DNA from: Ranitomeya imitator
Lineage: Eukaryota
DNA: 64,000 bases
Reading direction: 5' to 3'
NCBI RefSeq assembly: GCF_032444005.1
Contig: NC_091285.1
Coordinates: 293,508,001-293,572,000, forward strand
The first letter of the stretch is position 1. Each line of letters begins with the position of its first letter. Shown here in pieces: positions 24,453-37,748 of the stretch. The position numbers and the translations under genes were made by a program. The notes below the pieces were generated by a model, which saw nothing but the letters and a program-made list of their open reading frames with translations, did no database searches and was not told the DNA's origin.

Positions 24453-25839
24453 TGAATGAATAGGTATGAATTATCTTATGCTCACTGTGAAGTGAGCGGT
24501 GACCATAACAACTTTCTGTATAACCCTAATAACTGAAAGCAAACAGCTGCTGGAAAATAAAACATTAAAACATTATCTTCTCTCTATAGCTACTGCTCTA
24601 GTACGCCAGTTAAAAAGGAATTAAACACTGTTTACCTGATTATTTCTATATCTGAAGATACACATCATTTTTGGATATAACAATTTCGCTTTAAATCGGT
24701 ATCTGATAAGAAGCACTAGGGCTTAAAGGCTACAAATGGTAACTATTACCAGTAAGGTACAAACATACTTTTGTACAATCTTAAATGAAGCATAGAAATA
24801 TCTTACATATTTTTAGATTTTTAGATCCTGGGGCTGCATTTATATTTTTGAGTGTATTAATTATTCATCAGATCAGTAGTAAAGTGCTGTGTGACTTAAA
24901 CAGCAAAATTCAATTAAGGCGTCTTCAAGGTGAAAAGAAATATTTCTTGTCTATGAATAAAAAGGTGTTCATGAAATAAAATACAGAAAATTGATAAGTT
25001 TCATCTGTCACTACAGTGAAATGTCTTTTCCTCTCTCCTTAAAATCCTCAAGGGATAATTTAAATTCATAGACTAATAGGGTAAAAGTGTGAAACTGCTC
25101 ATGAAACACAAGGAAACTGTTAATTTAATTGCAGATTGTGAAAATAACAAGTCATATGCAGTTAATAAGATCATCAGCATTCAGGTCCACATAGATTTGA
25201 AATGTTTTCCCATTAACAACTGCTTGTCTGTAAATTATTATCAAGACACTCATTTTCAAGTTTGTGTTGGAGACATTATAAAATACAAAGGGCATTTTCA
25301 TTAATTACTTTCAGTCTGACTACCTCACTCTTAATTAACATCTATTTTGGTTTATAGTATTGATTGTATCAGACTCAGGATGTGGCAGAAACGTGTACAG
25401 TAAAGGAGAATGGTCAAAATGTCCTTCATGGAAGACAGTGGAACAACCATATTGACCTTCACATAATATATTGAACTAATGCATGAAACTTACCTAAAAG
25501 GTTGCACCCATCTTGACAAGAGATCACCTATGCAAAAGATAAGTAATAACCGGCTGATCCCTGGGGGTTTGGCTGCTCGGACCCCAATGAGTGCAGTGCT
25601 TTCATGATATTACTCTGTTCATTTTCTATGGTAGCTGAGCCCTGTACTTGGCTTTCTCTGGCAGCCCTGTCCTATCTAAAACTAACCTAAACTGGAAAAA
25701 TTGAGCACTTTTCAATAAGAACTGTTCTCAATGTTTCATTCATCCAAAGAGGCTATAAAAAAGGTATTTGGCTCATGTAAAACAGCATGTATTAGGGGTA
25801 TTATTATTATTTAGTTACATAAGAAAGGCTTTACAATAA

Positions 25840-26326
25840 GGCTGGGGTCACACTTAACGTATGAAAAATCGGTCCGAGTCTCCATGCCGAGAGTCGCACG
25901 AGTGTTCTACATATGGTCATCCTTGTGTAATGCATTTGCAATGTGATGATGCGATTTTCTCACACCTATGTGTCCATATGACATCTATATGACATGCGTA
26001 TGGCTTTACATTTCTTACTGCTTTTCCCCATTGAATTTAATGGCTCAATGGGCTGAAATGAGGAAAATGTCTGCGTATTTGTTGCAAGCTAGACGTATGG
26101 TCCATGTGGTGTCCGAATTTTTTTCGCACCCATAGCCTTGCATTGGCGAGTCTCAGGCGATATATGCGTACAATAACAGCATGCTGTGATTTCAAACTCA
26201 CATTGAATACGCCTGAGAAAAATACGGTGATGTGAGCTGCCCCATAGATTAACACTTGGGCCAAGTGCTATGGGATGTTTTCTCGCATAGTACTTGTCCG
26301 TACTCTACGGTAGTGTGACCCCGCCC
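25840..26326. mobile_element. PIF/Harbinger-like MITE
   Basis: TIR GGCTGGGGTCACACT / AGTGTGACCCCGCCC with TAA/TTA flanks. Confidence 0.7.
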
Positions 26327-26739
26327 TTAGTATTAGACTTTTATTTGCAATGCTCTAAAGAAAATAATGATAACCATAAAGGGCATTAAAAGTGTGTGCA
26401 CTTGCAATATGCATTGTTCCAAGTGGACAATTGCAGGGTGCTCATCCAGGTGCCTACTGAAAACCCCAGTGGTTACCATCTTGGTACACCTATGAAGTTC
26501 AGCCACTCATTACAGTGCAATACCATGCATGGCGGTAAACAGAACAGGTGATCTAATGGTCGCACAATTGAGTCCTTAAAGGGCTTAAAATTAAATAGAA
26601 AATAAATGTATTTCAAAATCTAAATAAAATATGAAAATTCTAATTCACTCCCTTTTTCCCAGTTTTAAAAATAAAGGAATAAAAAACATATATTTGCTAT
26701 CTCTGAATCTGTAAGAAATCGATCAATCAAAATATCAAA

Positions 26740-29700
26740 TTAACTTCTTTCTGACATCAGATGCAATAATCCGTGCCTGTGTCCTGGACCTATTTGACCA
26801 GAGACGGATTATTGCGTCTGAGCTATAGTCCATGCACATGGGGGGGAGGAGCGCGGGCGATCACCACCGACTGTCACAAACCACACCCGGCACTTTAACC
26901 CCCGAAATGCAGCAATCTAACTTGATCGCAGCATTCCGGAAACCAGCAGAGGGATGAAAGCCCATCTGCCTTTCGATCAGAGTCCCCGCAGCATGGTCCC
27001 GATCGTTGCCATGGTGACCCCATGTCGTCATAAATACATCCGGGTCACCAGGCCTAGCAAACTTGCCGATCATGCCCAATGCATGATCAGCAAGTTTGTC
27101 TGTCAGTGCAGAGCTGACAGCTTCTGCAGCATGGGGATGCTGCTTCTTCTCCATGCTGTAGAAGCGATCAACATGACAAAATGGTAGTCCCACATAAGGA
27201 CACAGTGGAAAAGTTAGAAAAAAGTAAAAAAAAAAAAAGTTTTTTAGATAACTTTACAAATATTTACAATTTTTTAAAAAATAATAATAAAAAAATCTAA
27301 AGATATTGTATCTCTAAATAAATATTTGAATTAAAAAAATGCCCACATATTTTGTATCAACACATCTGCAACAACCCGACCTATAAAACTTTTCCACTAG
27401 TTAACCCCTTTAGTGAACACCATAAAAAATCAATAAAAACAAAGCAAAAAACCTTGCTTTATCATACCGCCAAACAAAAAGTGGAATAAAATGCAATAAA
27501 AAAGACCAATATAAATAAACATGGCACCACTGAAAACAAGATTTTGTCCCACAAAAAACAAGCCAGCATACAGCTCCATCAGAGGAAAAATAAAGTCATA
27601 GCTCTCAAAATAAAGTGATGAAAAGATAATTATTTTTTCTATAAAATAGTTTTTATTTCATAAAAGCGCCAAAACATAAAAAAAAGATATAAATGAGCTA
27701 TCACTATAATAGTCCCGACAAGAAAAATAAAACTGCCTTATCACTTTCACTACACACAGAACGGCATACCCCATCCCCCCCCCCATCCCCCGCAAAAAAA
27801 AATAAATCCCTAATTGCTGGTGTTTATTTGTTTTGCCTCACAAAAATTAGAATAGAAAGAATAGAAAGCGATAAAAAAAAAGTCATGTGTCCGAAACTGG
27901 TACCAATAATAATTGTAACTTGTCCTGCAAATAATAAGACCTCACATGACTCTGTGGGCCAAAATATGGAAAAATGATAGCTCTCAAAATGTGGTGATGC
28001 AAAAACTATTTTTTGTAATAAAAAGTGTCTTTTAGTGTGTGACAGGAGCCAAACATAAAAACCCGACATAAATCTGGTATTGCTGCAATCGCACTGACCC
28101 AAAGAATAAAGTTGCCTAATTGTCTATACCGCATGAGAAACAGCGTAAAAGATAAATAAAACCAATTCTTCACATGCTGTTGATTTTTTCATTCTGCCTC
28201 CCAAAGATCGCAGTAAGGCTTGACGCACATTTATCCTGGGTTCTGCGCTGAGCGCTTATACCGGAGTTTTCGTGTGAATCTCTGAAACACGTGATTCAGA
28301 TGGAATCTCTGGCGCAAGATTTCCTATAATGAGGCAGATGGAGGCACTGTGGACGTCGTCTGACCTGTGATCCGGCGGTGTTCATCTTTTTAGGATTGCA
28401 TAAAAGTGCTGTTGGCAACAGTTTTGTGCACTTCTGAAATGGACACCGCTGAACAGAGGCCAGACGAAGTCAATATTAACTCTGCTGCCTCATTATAGTG
28501 AATAATGAGACAATGATAAATGGTCTGAGGAGTGCAGGAAAGAGACACAGATGAGAGATGGGGTTAAACCACAACGCGTTCGACATCAGGTGGATGTTTC
28601 ATCAGGTGGATGTTTATTCATCTGTGGAAACGCGTTGTGGTTTGACCCCATCTCTCGTCTGTGTCTCGTTCCTGCTCTCGTCAGACTGTTTATCATTGTG
28701 TCATTGCTCCCATCCTCCATTGGAGGTTCTCGGCTGGAGCTGTGGTGGAGACCTGACATCCTGCCCACCCCTGGGCTGCTTCCTAAGCACTCCTATATGA
28801 CCGCTCATCACTGACTCTCATTTCATTACAGTGAATGGCTCCCTCAGGGGTTTCATCTGAATCACGTCACTCAGATGGAAACCCCAAAGCAAGTGCTCAG
28901 CGTAGAGCACCCAATCATTGTGATCCCAAATGTTATGTAAAATGCTCTTAATAAAAGCTTCAACTCAATCCACAAAAAAAGCAATTTCCCACTCAGATCT
29001 GTCATCTGTTAGTGGAAATATAGGGGGCTTCCACATTAGTGGTAGCACAAAGGCTCTGTAAAAGTGAAATGGCTCCTCACCCGGCAAAAGAAATTCAGCA
29101 AATTGTCCGCTCCCAAATCCAAATGCCCCGCTCCCTTCTGAGCCCCACAGTGTACCTAAACCACATAATGCATCCACATTTGCTATTTCTGAAGTGATGA
29201 GAGCCCGTCTACCTTACGGGTGCATGCCTCCAGAAGTACGGGCTGAGCATAACATACTGGTGACTGGAACCTACTGGTTATTACAGCATACTGGTCACTG
29301 CAACAGAAGTTTGCAATTTTTCAGTTGGCAACATTCACTGCTGCTTGCTTCTGGAAAATACCATTGGAGTCAAAATCATCACTACACCTGTAAATAAATT
29401 TCCCAAGAGGTATAGTTTCCCAAATGGGGTCAATTAAGGGGAGATTCTGCTCTTCAAGCAACTAAGGGCTCTGTATATGGAGTCCGCAAACTGTTCTAGG
29501 AAAATCTAAGCTCCAGGAGGAAAATTCCTCCCGAGTCTCTTCATACGGCTAAGAAGTACTGTACAACCACATATGAGGTATTGCCATGTTCAGTAAGTTC
29601 AGTAATAGTGGGACAAATTTTTGTGTCATTTTTACCCACTTCTTGTGTGAAAATATGAAATTTTGGGCAAATACAAAATTTTGGTGGTAAAAATGTAGTT

Positions 29701-30966
29701 ATTTTGTTTTCACTGCCCAATGGTATAAAATTCTGTGACAATGGTGTCAATATGATCACTGCACCCCTATATGAATTCATTGAGAGGTGTAGTTTGTAAA
29801 ATGGGATCAAATAAGGAGGGTTCTGCTGTTCTGACTTCTCATGGGCTCTCACAGTGGATCATGGCACCTGCAAACCATAACAGTAAAATCTAGCACGCCT
29901 TGCCTTCTGAGCTTTGCACTGTGCCTGAACAATATTTCCCGATTACATGCAGAGTGTTTTGCGCACTCAGGAAAAAATGGACCTCAGTTTCTTGTAAAAA
30001 AAATTCCTATTAGCTCTTAGAAAAATTAAAAACTTGGGGCTAAAACAACATTTTAATGGTAAAAACTTAATTTATTCTTTCTTCACCGCTCATAAAACTC
30101 TGTGAGGCACTATGTGACAATATGATCACTGCGCCTTTAGATGAATTCATTGGGTAATGTAGTTTGTAAAATGAGGTCACACATAGGGGGTTTATGTCGT
30201 TCTGGCACCTCAGGGGTTTTGCCAATGTGACATGGCACCTTTAAACCATTCCAGCAAACTCAGAACTCCAATATGGCACCTCTTCCCTTCTAAGCATACT
30301 CAGGAGAAAGTGCCAAATAAATTGTATGGTGCTATTTCTCCTGTTACCCTTATGAAAATGCAATATTTTGTGATAAAAACATATTTATAGGGAAAATTAG
30401 ATTTTTATGGTTCAATATTATAAACTTCTGTGAAGCACCAGAGAGTCCAATGTGCTCACAACACATCTAGATCAGTTCCAGGAGGGGTCCAGTTTCCAAA
30501 ATGGTGTCACTTTTGGGGGATTTTCACTGTTTAGGCACATCAGAGGCACTCCAAACGCAACATTGCGTCTGCCAATTGTTCCAGCAAATTTTGCATTCAA
30601 AAAGTCAAATTGCGCTCCTTCCCTTCCAAGCTCTGCCGTGCACCCAAACAATGGTTTTCTCCCTCATATGGGGTATCTGTGTACTCAGGAGAAATTGCAC
30701 AAACAAATTTTGTCGTTAATTTTTTCCTGTTACCCTTTTCAAAATAAAAAAATTTTAATCTGAAGTTAATTTTGGGGTAAAAAAAAGTTAAACGTTCATT
30801 TTTTTTCCACATTCCAAATATTCCTGTAAAGCACCTGAAGGGTAAATAAACTTCTTGAATGTAGTTTTGAGCACCTTGAGGGTAAAGAATGGTGTCACTT
30901 TTGGGTATTTTAATTCATATAGACCCTTCAAAGTGACTTCAAATTTCAACCCTTATAACTTCCTAA
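26740..30966. mobile_element. Large degenerate non-autonomous element with ~390-bp internal repeats, same family as 45063-49811 in opposite orientation
   Basis: 30440-30950 is the reverse complement of the 45560-46100 repeat sequence; boundaries approximate. Confidence 0.7.
28504..28822. mobile_element. Fold-back insertion with a hammerhead motif and 14-bp TSD
   Basis: TCATTA(T/C)AGTGAAT at 28490-28503 and 28823-28836; inverted arms 28504-28580 and 28629-28705; HHR-like motif on the minus strand at 28569-28609. Confidence 0.75.
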
Positions 30967-31619
30967 TAATGATGAACACATGCAGGGATTGCCTGACCGG
31001 TAGGGAATCCCCACATGTATTCAGGCTGTCTAGCAGCTGCATATCATATAGGAGGAATGTGGAAACCACAAGAAAAAACGACCATACGGCAAAAAAGCTA
31101 TAAACAATAAAAACAACTCTTTATTAAATACAAACATTAAAATGAACGGACAAAAATGGAACACAGATGTGGGGATAGTGTGGGTCACAACACAAATACT
31201 ACCACGTACAATTACGACGTGCAGGCCCAACATAGACTCCCTACCTGGAAAGATGTAAGTATGGGGAGTGGACACCACTAAAGCAGAATGGCTGCGATGA
31301 ACTTAATAGTACAGAATAGACACATAATCCCTGAAACACCATACAAACGGCATATATCCCTCATTAGGAAGAAGCTGCTATGTCCATGTATATATGAGGA
31401 GTGCAAGTGCACATAATGCGGATGTACAGGGAAAATGAACCAAAATCATCATCAGGACGCAGTCATAGCTGCATAAGTCTCATAGAACCAAGAGGAACCC
31501 AGGATAGTGCCAATAACGCCCATGCAGCACACAGCACATGCTGTAAAAATATCTATGAGGTTACCTGGTCCAAGATGGTATCTAGCCGGGTGTCGGATAG
31601 GTGGCCCGCACGTCTGAAT

Positions 31620-31660
31620 CCCGACGCGCGTTTCGGAGCCGAGGCTCCTTCGTCAGGGGG
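31620..31660 (-). ncRNA. Minimal type I hammerhead ribozyme
   Basis: Minus strand CCC-CTGACGA-A-GGAGC CTCG GCTCC-GAAA-CGCGCG-TC-GGG: complete core and GUC cleavage triplet. Confidence 0.85.
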
Positions 31661-32555
31661 CGTGTCAGAGAGCCGGTGCGCCCGGCTTTAAATACGCGAT
31701 CGCGCCGATATCAGCGGCGGCTTCCGCCGGAAGTGACGCACGTATCGCCGTGACAACCGCTGCTCCACAGCGGCGGCGACGTCATGCCGGGGCGTCGCCA
31801 TAACCATGGCAACCGCTCGAGCATATAGACGCCGCGGGCCGCCAGGAGCAGCGGCGTCCAGCGAACATGCGTACAGGCAGAGCCGTGGCTGATAGGAGAT
31901 AGCGGTAAGAACAAACCGCTGCCTGCAAGTAAGGAGATAACTGCCCAAAAACGGGGAAAGGTAAAAAGGAATAAAGGAAGCGAGTAATGACAACACTACT
32001 CTGCCGAGGAATAACTCACAGGCACAATGGAAAAATACCAAATAAATGAGTGTATAATAAACATAAGAGGCCCCCTATATAAGACACTCCTTACTCGGCC
32101 ATAACACCAAAAGCGCATATAACCATAGGCGCACCCGCAAAGCCTCACATAAAAGACAAAGTTCACAAAGTGCCACATAGCACCATACATTAAGGAAAAT
32201 GCATAGAAAAACAAATACAAATACCGTAAATGTGAAAAACCCTCCAAAAAACAAACGTAAACAAAATAATAAAAAATAAAAAATAATACAAACAAAAAAT
32301 AACAGAAATAACAAAAATCAGAAATGACATAAAATACAATAAAGCATGACCGCAGAATATCCAGAGGGATAGATGTAAATATTACTCCGACGACTATCTT
32401 GCGTAAAACTTCACATGATAGGCACGATGGAACTTGGATCCAGGCAGCATGTCATCCGACAATCCAAATAATACATATATCTAAGAAACACAAATAAAAC
32501 AAAGTTAAAACAAAAATAGATATAAAAACAAACGTGGATGCATCCGGTCGTATGC

Positions 32556-33356
32556 TGTTGTGAATTCTGTGGCAGAGCTCCCTCCTGTGGTCACAAGTGG
32601 TACTTCGGCTGATTCTCTCTGTGAGCTTCCGTTGGTGGAGGGAAGTGGTACTGCGGCTTCTGAGTTTCCTCCCTCAGGTGATGTGGTGAGGTCGTTAGGT
32701 GCTGCTCTACTTAACTCCACCTAGTGCTTTGATCCTGGCTTCCTGTCAATGTTCCAGTATTGGACTTGTTTTCCTCCTGGATCATTCCTGTGGCCTGCTG
32801 CTCTGCATAGCTAAGTTTTCCTTTGCTATTTTGTTTGCTTTTCTTCTGTCCAGCTTATCTATTTGTTTGCTGGAAGCTCTGGGACGCAGAGGGTGTACCT
32901 CCGTGCCGTTAGTTCGGTACGGAGGGTCTTTTTGCCCCCTTTGCGTGGTTTTTAGGGTTTTGTGTTGACCACAAAGTTACCTTTCCTATCCTCGCTCTGT
33001 TCAGAAAGTCGGGCCTCACTTTGCTAAATCTATTTCATCTCTACGTTTGTCTTTTCATCTTAACTCACAGTCATTATATGTGGGGGGCTGCCTTTTCCGT
33101 TGGGGTATTTCTCTGAGGCAAGGTAGGCTTATTTTCTATCTTCAGGCTAGTTAGTTTCTCAGGCTGTGCCGAGTTGCATAGCTAGCGTTAGGCGCAATCC
33201 ACGGCTGCCTCTAGTGTTGTTGGGTAGGATCAGGGATTGCGGTCAACAGAGTTCCCACGTCTCAGAGCTCGTTCTATGTTTTTGGATTATTGTCAGATCA
33301 CTGTGTGTGCTCTGACCTCTATGTTCACTGTGGTACTGAATTGCCTAATCATAACA
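32556..33356. mobile_element. Solo LTR (801 bp) inserted in the Penelope tail
   Basis: TGTTGTGA...TCATAACA termini; flanks GTATGC/GTATAC (1 mismatch); no coding sequence. Confidence 0.8.
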
Positions 33357-33390
33357 GTATACCCAACCACCCCCTGTACCGTGATCAAAA

Positions 33391-34848
33391 TCACAGAAAC
33401 GACGCAAAACTAATGGTCTCATTAAGTCCATGAGGATGGACGCTATTAAGCGTCCATATCCACCGAGTCTCAAGCTGTGCCAACCGTTGCGAGATATTAC
33501 CTCCCCTTATATTCGTTTCAATCATATCGATACCCTTGACACGCAGTACACTGCTGTCGCACTTATGATGTGTCTTGAAATGTCGGGGTATCGTTTTGAG
33601 TAGATGGTCCTCCGTTTCCAACGCAGCTGCCTCAATACCCCGAACATGCTCCCTCACCCTGATTTTTAATTGCCTTGTCGTGAGCCCTATATAAATCAAT
33701 GGGCACGGGCAGGACGCATAATATATGACATTCCTGGACGTGCATGTGATGCATTTCTTAATTTTGAAACTTTTTTGTCCAGTCGAGTCAATAAATGTGT
33801 CCTCCCTCACGATATTTTTACAGGCTATGCATTTACCACAGGTACGACAGCCACCACTCGGTTTATAGCATGGATCATTAAGAAATGTCTCTGGTGATTT
33901 ACCGATGTAGTGGCTGCGCACCAAATGGTCACGCATATTTTTCGCCCTACGAAATGTAATCATAGGCCGGTCAGGTATAATTTTGGCCAGTGTTGAATCA
34001 GTCCTCAGGATGGGCCAAGTATGTTCAAGGGCAGTGCGGATAGCTCCCGCGCGTGAATTGAAATTAGTCACGAATCTGGTCACATCAGACCCTTTGCCCC
34101 TATCCTGACCCCCATATAATAGTGTGTCCCTAGTGCTGTGTGTAGCACGGAGGTATGCTCGTTTTATGGAGCGGTTACTGTACCCGCGTTCCCTAAAACG
34201 AGACTTAAGAACCTCCGCCTGTACCTCAAATTCGGCATTGGTAGAACAGATACGACGTATCCGTAAAAATTGTCCTACTGGGACCGAACGGACCATATGT
34301 GCTGGATGGGAGGAGGAAGCATGGAGGAGCATGTTGGTGGCAGTAGGTTTTCTATATACGGTAGTTTGAATGGTATTGGCCCTATCCCTAGTCAGCCTCA
34401 CATCAAGAAAATCAATAGTCGAGCCATTAGATGTAGCTGTCAATTTAATGTTCCTGTCATTGACATTAAGGGCGGTTACAAAGTCAGAGAACGTACCCTG
34501 ATCGCCCTGCCAGATAACGAGGATGTCGTCTATGTAGCGCGTCCAAAGAAGGACGCGCTCCATAGACGACAGACTCTCTGACCGTAGGAGGTCCCTCTCC
34601 CACAGCCCCAGGAACAGATTAGCATAGGAGGGCGCAAAGGCCGCTCCCATGGCTGTTCCCTGGAGCTGCAGGAAGAAGGACCCCCTAAACGTAAAGAAAT
34701 TGTGCATCAAAGTGAACCTCAACATTTCCAATAGGAAATCTCGAAAATCATGGGAACAATTGGATGTGGAAAGAAAGAACTCTGTGGCCGCCAAGCCATC
34801 CTCATGGCGAATGCTAGTATACAAAGATTCCACATCCATTGTTTCCAT
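33391..34848 (-). CDS. Penelope-like reverse transcriptase plus GIY-YIG endonuclease (N-terminally truncated, 485 open codons)
   Basis: MDVESLYT, GTAMGAAFAPSYANLF and RYIDD motifs; Cys-rich linker CRTCGKCIAC; VIYYASCPCPLIYIGLT..REH. Confidence 0.92.
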   Translation of the reverse strand: METMDVESLYTSIRHEDGLAATEFFLSTSNCSHDFRDFLLEMLRFTLMHNFFTFRGSFFLQLQGTAMGAAFAPSYANLFLGLWERDLLRSESLSSMERVLLWTRYIDDILVIWQGDQGTFSDFVTALNVNDRNIKLTATSNGSTIDFLDVRLTRDRANTIQTTVYRKPTATNMLLHASSSHPAHMVRSVPVGQFLRIRRICSTNAEFEVQAEVLKSRFRERGYSNRSIKRAYLRATHSTRDTLLYGGQDRGKGSDVTRFVTNFNSRAGAIRTALEHTWPILRTDSTLAKIIPDRPMITFRRAKNMRDHLVRSHYIGKSPETFLNDPCYKPSGGCRTCGKCIACKNIVREDTFIDSTGQKSFKIKKCITCTSRNVIYYASCPCPLIYIGLTTRQLKIRVREHVRGIEAAALETEDHLLKTIPRHFKTHHKCDSSVLRVKGIDMIETNIRGGNISQRLAQLETRWIWTLNSVHPHGLNETISFASFL

Positions 34849-34954
34849 GATAGTAAAAAAAAAATAGAAATAGAAATAGAAAATACATATGAAAGATATC
34901 AGCAATAGTGGTATGAAATTTCATTCCTTTTGTTCAAACCTAAATAAAGTGATA

Positions 34955-35660
34955 AAAAGGAATGAAATTTCATACCACTATTGCTGATAGCTTTCATATG
35001 TATTTTCTATATGTATTTTTAGTGCATCTTTCCATTCTGTTGTGCGATAAAATGCATGCAGTCACGATCTGTAGGACCTTTTCATTTATCATGTGACTCT
35101 GCCAGATTGGCTGTATGCCTGTTTTTTTTTTTTTTTTTTTGAAGGTTAGAACAAAAGGAATGACATTTCATATCACTACGTTTGATATTTTATATATGTA
35201 TTCTTTATATGTATTTTTATTGTACCTTTCCATTCTGTCTTGTGATAAAATGCATGTAGTTGCGATCTGTAGGACCTTTCTATTTATCTATTTCTATCAT
35301 GTGATTCTGATAGAGTGTGTGATAGGTCCATTTTTTCTATATAAGCAAGACTGAATGTGGGTTTTATATGGGCATCAATAAGATCCTGTGTGATCGAAAC
35401 ACGTTGCCTATATTCATGTAACCACCTGCGCCCTGTTTACTCTGTAAGGATGTCCGTTTTAATGAAGTTGGACTAATAAAGAATTTTGCCATTTTATTGG
35501 AGCTGGAGTTTCCACGTTTTCGTATACTGCAATTGCTTGGCGTCTTGGTCTGGACGAATCTCCGTGCTCAATTATCTATGGTCTGGTTGGTGAGCTGGCT
35601 GCGGCTTATAGCCGATTTTTTTCTATTGCAGACGCATACAGTGACTGCAGACTTGTACCC
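34955..35660 (+). repeat. Penelope-type tail / pseudo-LTR-like segment in inverted orientation with a decayed hammerhead
   Basis: Begins with the right arm of a 56-bp inverted repeat; GATC ctgtgt GATC-GAAA-CACG-TT-GCC at 35382-35408; AATAAA near 35476; right boundary approximate. Confidence 0.5.
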
Positions 35661-35944
35661 AAAGCTGACAACCTCTTGAAGTAGAGATCAATAATTTCAC
35701 AATATATTGTAATTCCTAAGTATTGCACAAATAATCAAAAGATTGCAGATTCTAATTCACCAAGGAACTATGCAAAAATAGTTAAATATATTCTAAAAAT
35801 ATTAGAAAGGTTTAACTCCTTTACGACCTTGGGATTTTCCAATTTTTTGTCCTAATTTTTTGCTCTGTTTCCTCCCAGAGTCATAACTTTGTTTAATTTT
35901 GCCGTCAATATGACCATGGTTTGGACCTGTTTTGCTGCATTCGG

Positions 35945-37175
35945 GCCAGCATAGCTTGTCATCATTCACGGAGCAATGAATTGTGAACTATATCAGAAAA
36001 TTCGAAAGGAAAATTTCAGAACATCTATCTTTGAGGTGAATTTTAAGACAAAATGTGTCATTGTCATGTCTCATGATTCAATCTGGCAATCTTGTGGGTG
36101 TCTGCTGGTGTCTCTATCCGTTGAGCCATTTAGATGTCTTGGAGCTGATTTATTTTTGCCTTTTGTCCACTCAGTTCTTACAGCAAGTGTTTTCTATTTT
36201 CTATTTGCTCTATCCTATCACTCTGCAGGGCCTTCTATTTAAACCTCACTGCTTCCTCTGTTCCCTGCTGGAGATAGCTTACAACTACCCAGTTTGGTGG
36301 TGAAGGAGTAGCGCTTATATGTGACAGTCAGTTGGTGTTTACTCTAGGAATAATCTGCGTGGTTTTGGTACTGTGCGTATCCTCTCCCATTTGGTTGATC
36401 GCACCTACTGTTTCCTTGTCTTCTTCTTTGTTGTTTCATGAGCATTTTTGTAAGATTGCAGTTTCCTTTCATCCCAGTCTGTTTTCCCAGTCTTTCTGGT
36501 TTGTGCTTTCTGTTTCTTGTAAGTCCTATACCTCCCTGGGTGAGGGAAGAATTAGTTCAGTGTGCTTTCAGGAGCATACAAATGTTGGAGACCCAGGCTT
36601 CTCTACCTGTAAGAGCACCCCTGGGACAGGGATAGTGAGGGCCCCAGATTCAGGTACAGTTACAGGCCCCCCTCTTACTTCAAAATGACACATCGTGAAA
36701 GTCATGCACCAAGACAATGACTCAAAGTAAGCAAGTCGTTCTTCAAAAAAAGGTCAAAGAAGAATAAAGTTAAAGTTTTAGAATGGTTGAGTAAAAGTCC
36801 TGAACTTAATCCTATAAAAATGTTATTGAAGAGCCTGAATCAAACGATTCATGGGAGAAAACACACCATAATAACAGAGATGAAGCTGTTTTACATGGAT
36901 GAATTATCTAGAATTCCTTGAAGCCGATGTGCAGGGCTAATGAACATAATGGAAATATTAAGATGCAGTTATTGCTGCACAAGGGATTCAAACCAAATAC
37001 TAGGTGCACATACTTATGCCACTCACAGATATGTGATATTGTATAATTTTAATTAAATGACAAGTCTAATATTTCTCCCTCATTTGTTTTGTGAAAAGCT
37101 GATGATGTTTTGGTTAAAATTTATGTAGAAGTAAGATCAATTCTGAACGGTTTGCAAGTTAGTTTCAAGCAACAG
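35945..37175 (+). mobile_element. Degenerate Tc1 3' half interrupted by a solo LTR
   Basis: Decayed QDND and SPELNPI-type motifs on either side of the LTR. Confidence 0.7.
36062..36700. mobile_element. Solo LTR with 5-bp TSD
   Basis: GTCAT at 36057-36061 and 36701-36705; starts TGTCATG and ends CGTGAAA (mutated CGTGACA). Confidence 0.7.
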
Positions 37176-37382
37176 TTATACATTATACTAAGTGAAATAA
37201 AACCTGTTATCTTCTCATAGGAACCTTGACAACACACAGTTGAATATTGCAGCTGCTATTTTCTTCATTTAAACTATATAAAGATACATGAAGTTTAGTA
37301 GATAAATAACTATTTCACCAAGAACATAAGTACTATCAAGGATATCATTTGCTTGTTAAATGTTTCTGAACTGTTTTCATAA

Positions 37383-37709
37383 AGGTACCTTCACACATAA
37401 CGATATCGTTAACGATATCGTTGCTTTTTGTGACGTAGCAACGATATCGTTAAGGAAATCGTTCTGTGTGACAGCGACCAACGATCAGGCCCCTGCTGGG
37501 AGATCGTTGGTCGCTGAGGAAAGTCCAGAACTTTATTTCGTCGCTGGACTCCCTGCAGACATTGCTGGATCGGCGTGTGTGACACCGATCCAGCGATGTC
37601 TTCACTGGTAACCAGTGAAGTAACCAGTGGTACATACGCTCTACATACAGTGGTACATACGCTCTAGTACATCTATGGGGGTGATGTACTATTATCACTT
37701 CTATCCTAT

Positions 37710-37748
<39 letters not shown>

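Larger units (their letters stand above)
30967..34875 (-). mobile_element. 5'-truncated Penelope-like element (Neptune-like) with long 3' tail
   Basis: RT plus GIY-YIG ORF, tail with hammerhead and AATAAA near 31123-31128, inverted repeat at the 5' junction. Confidence 0.9.
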
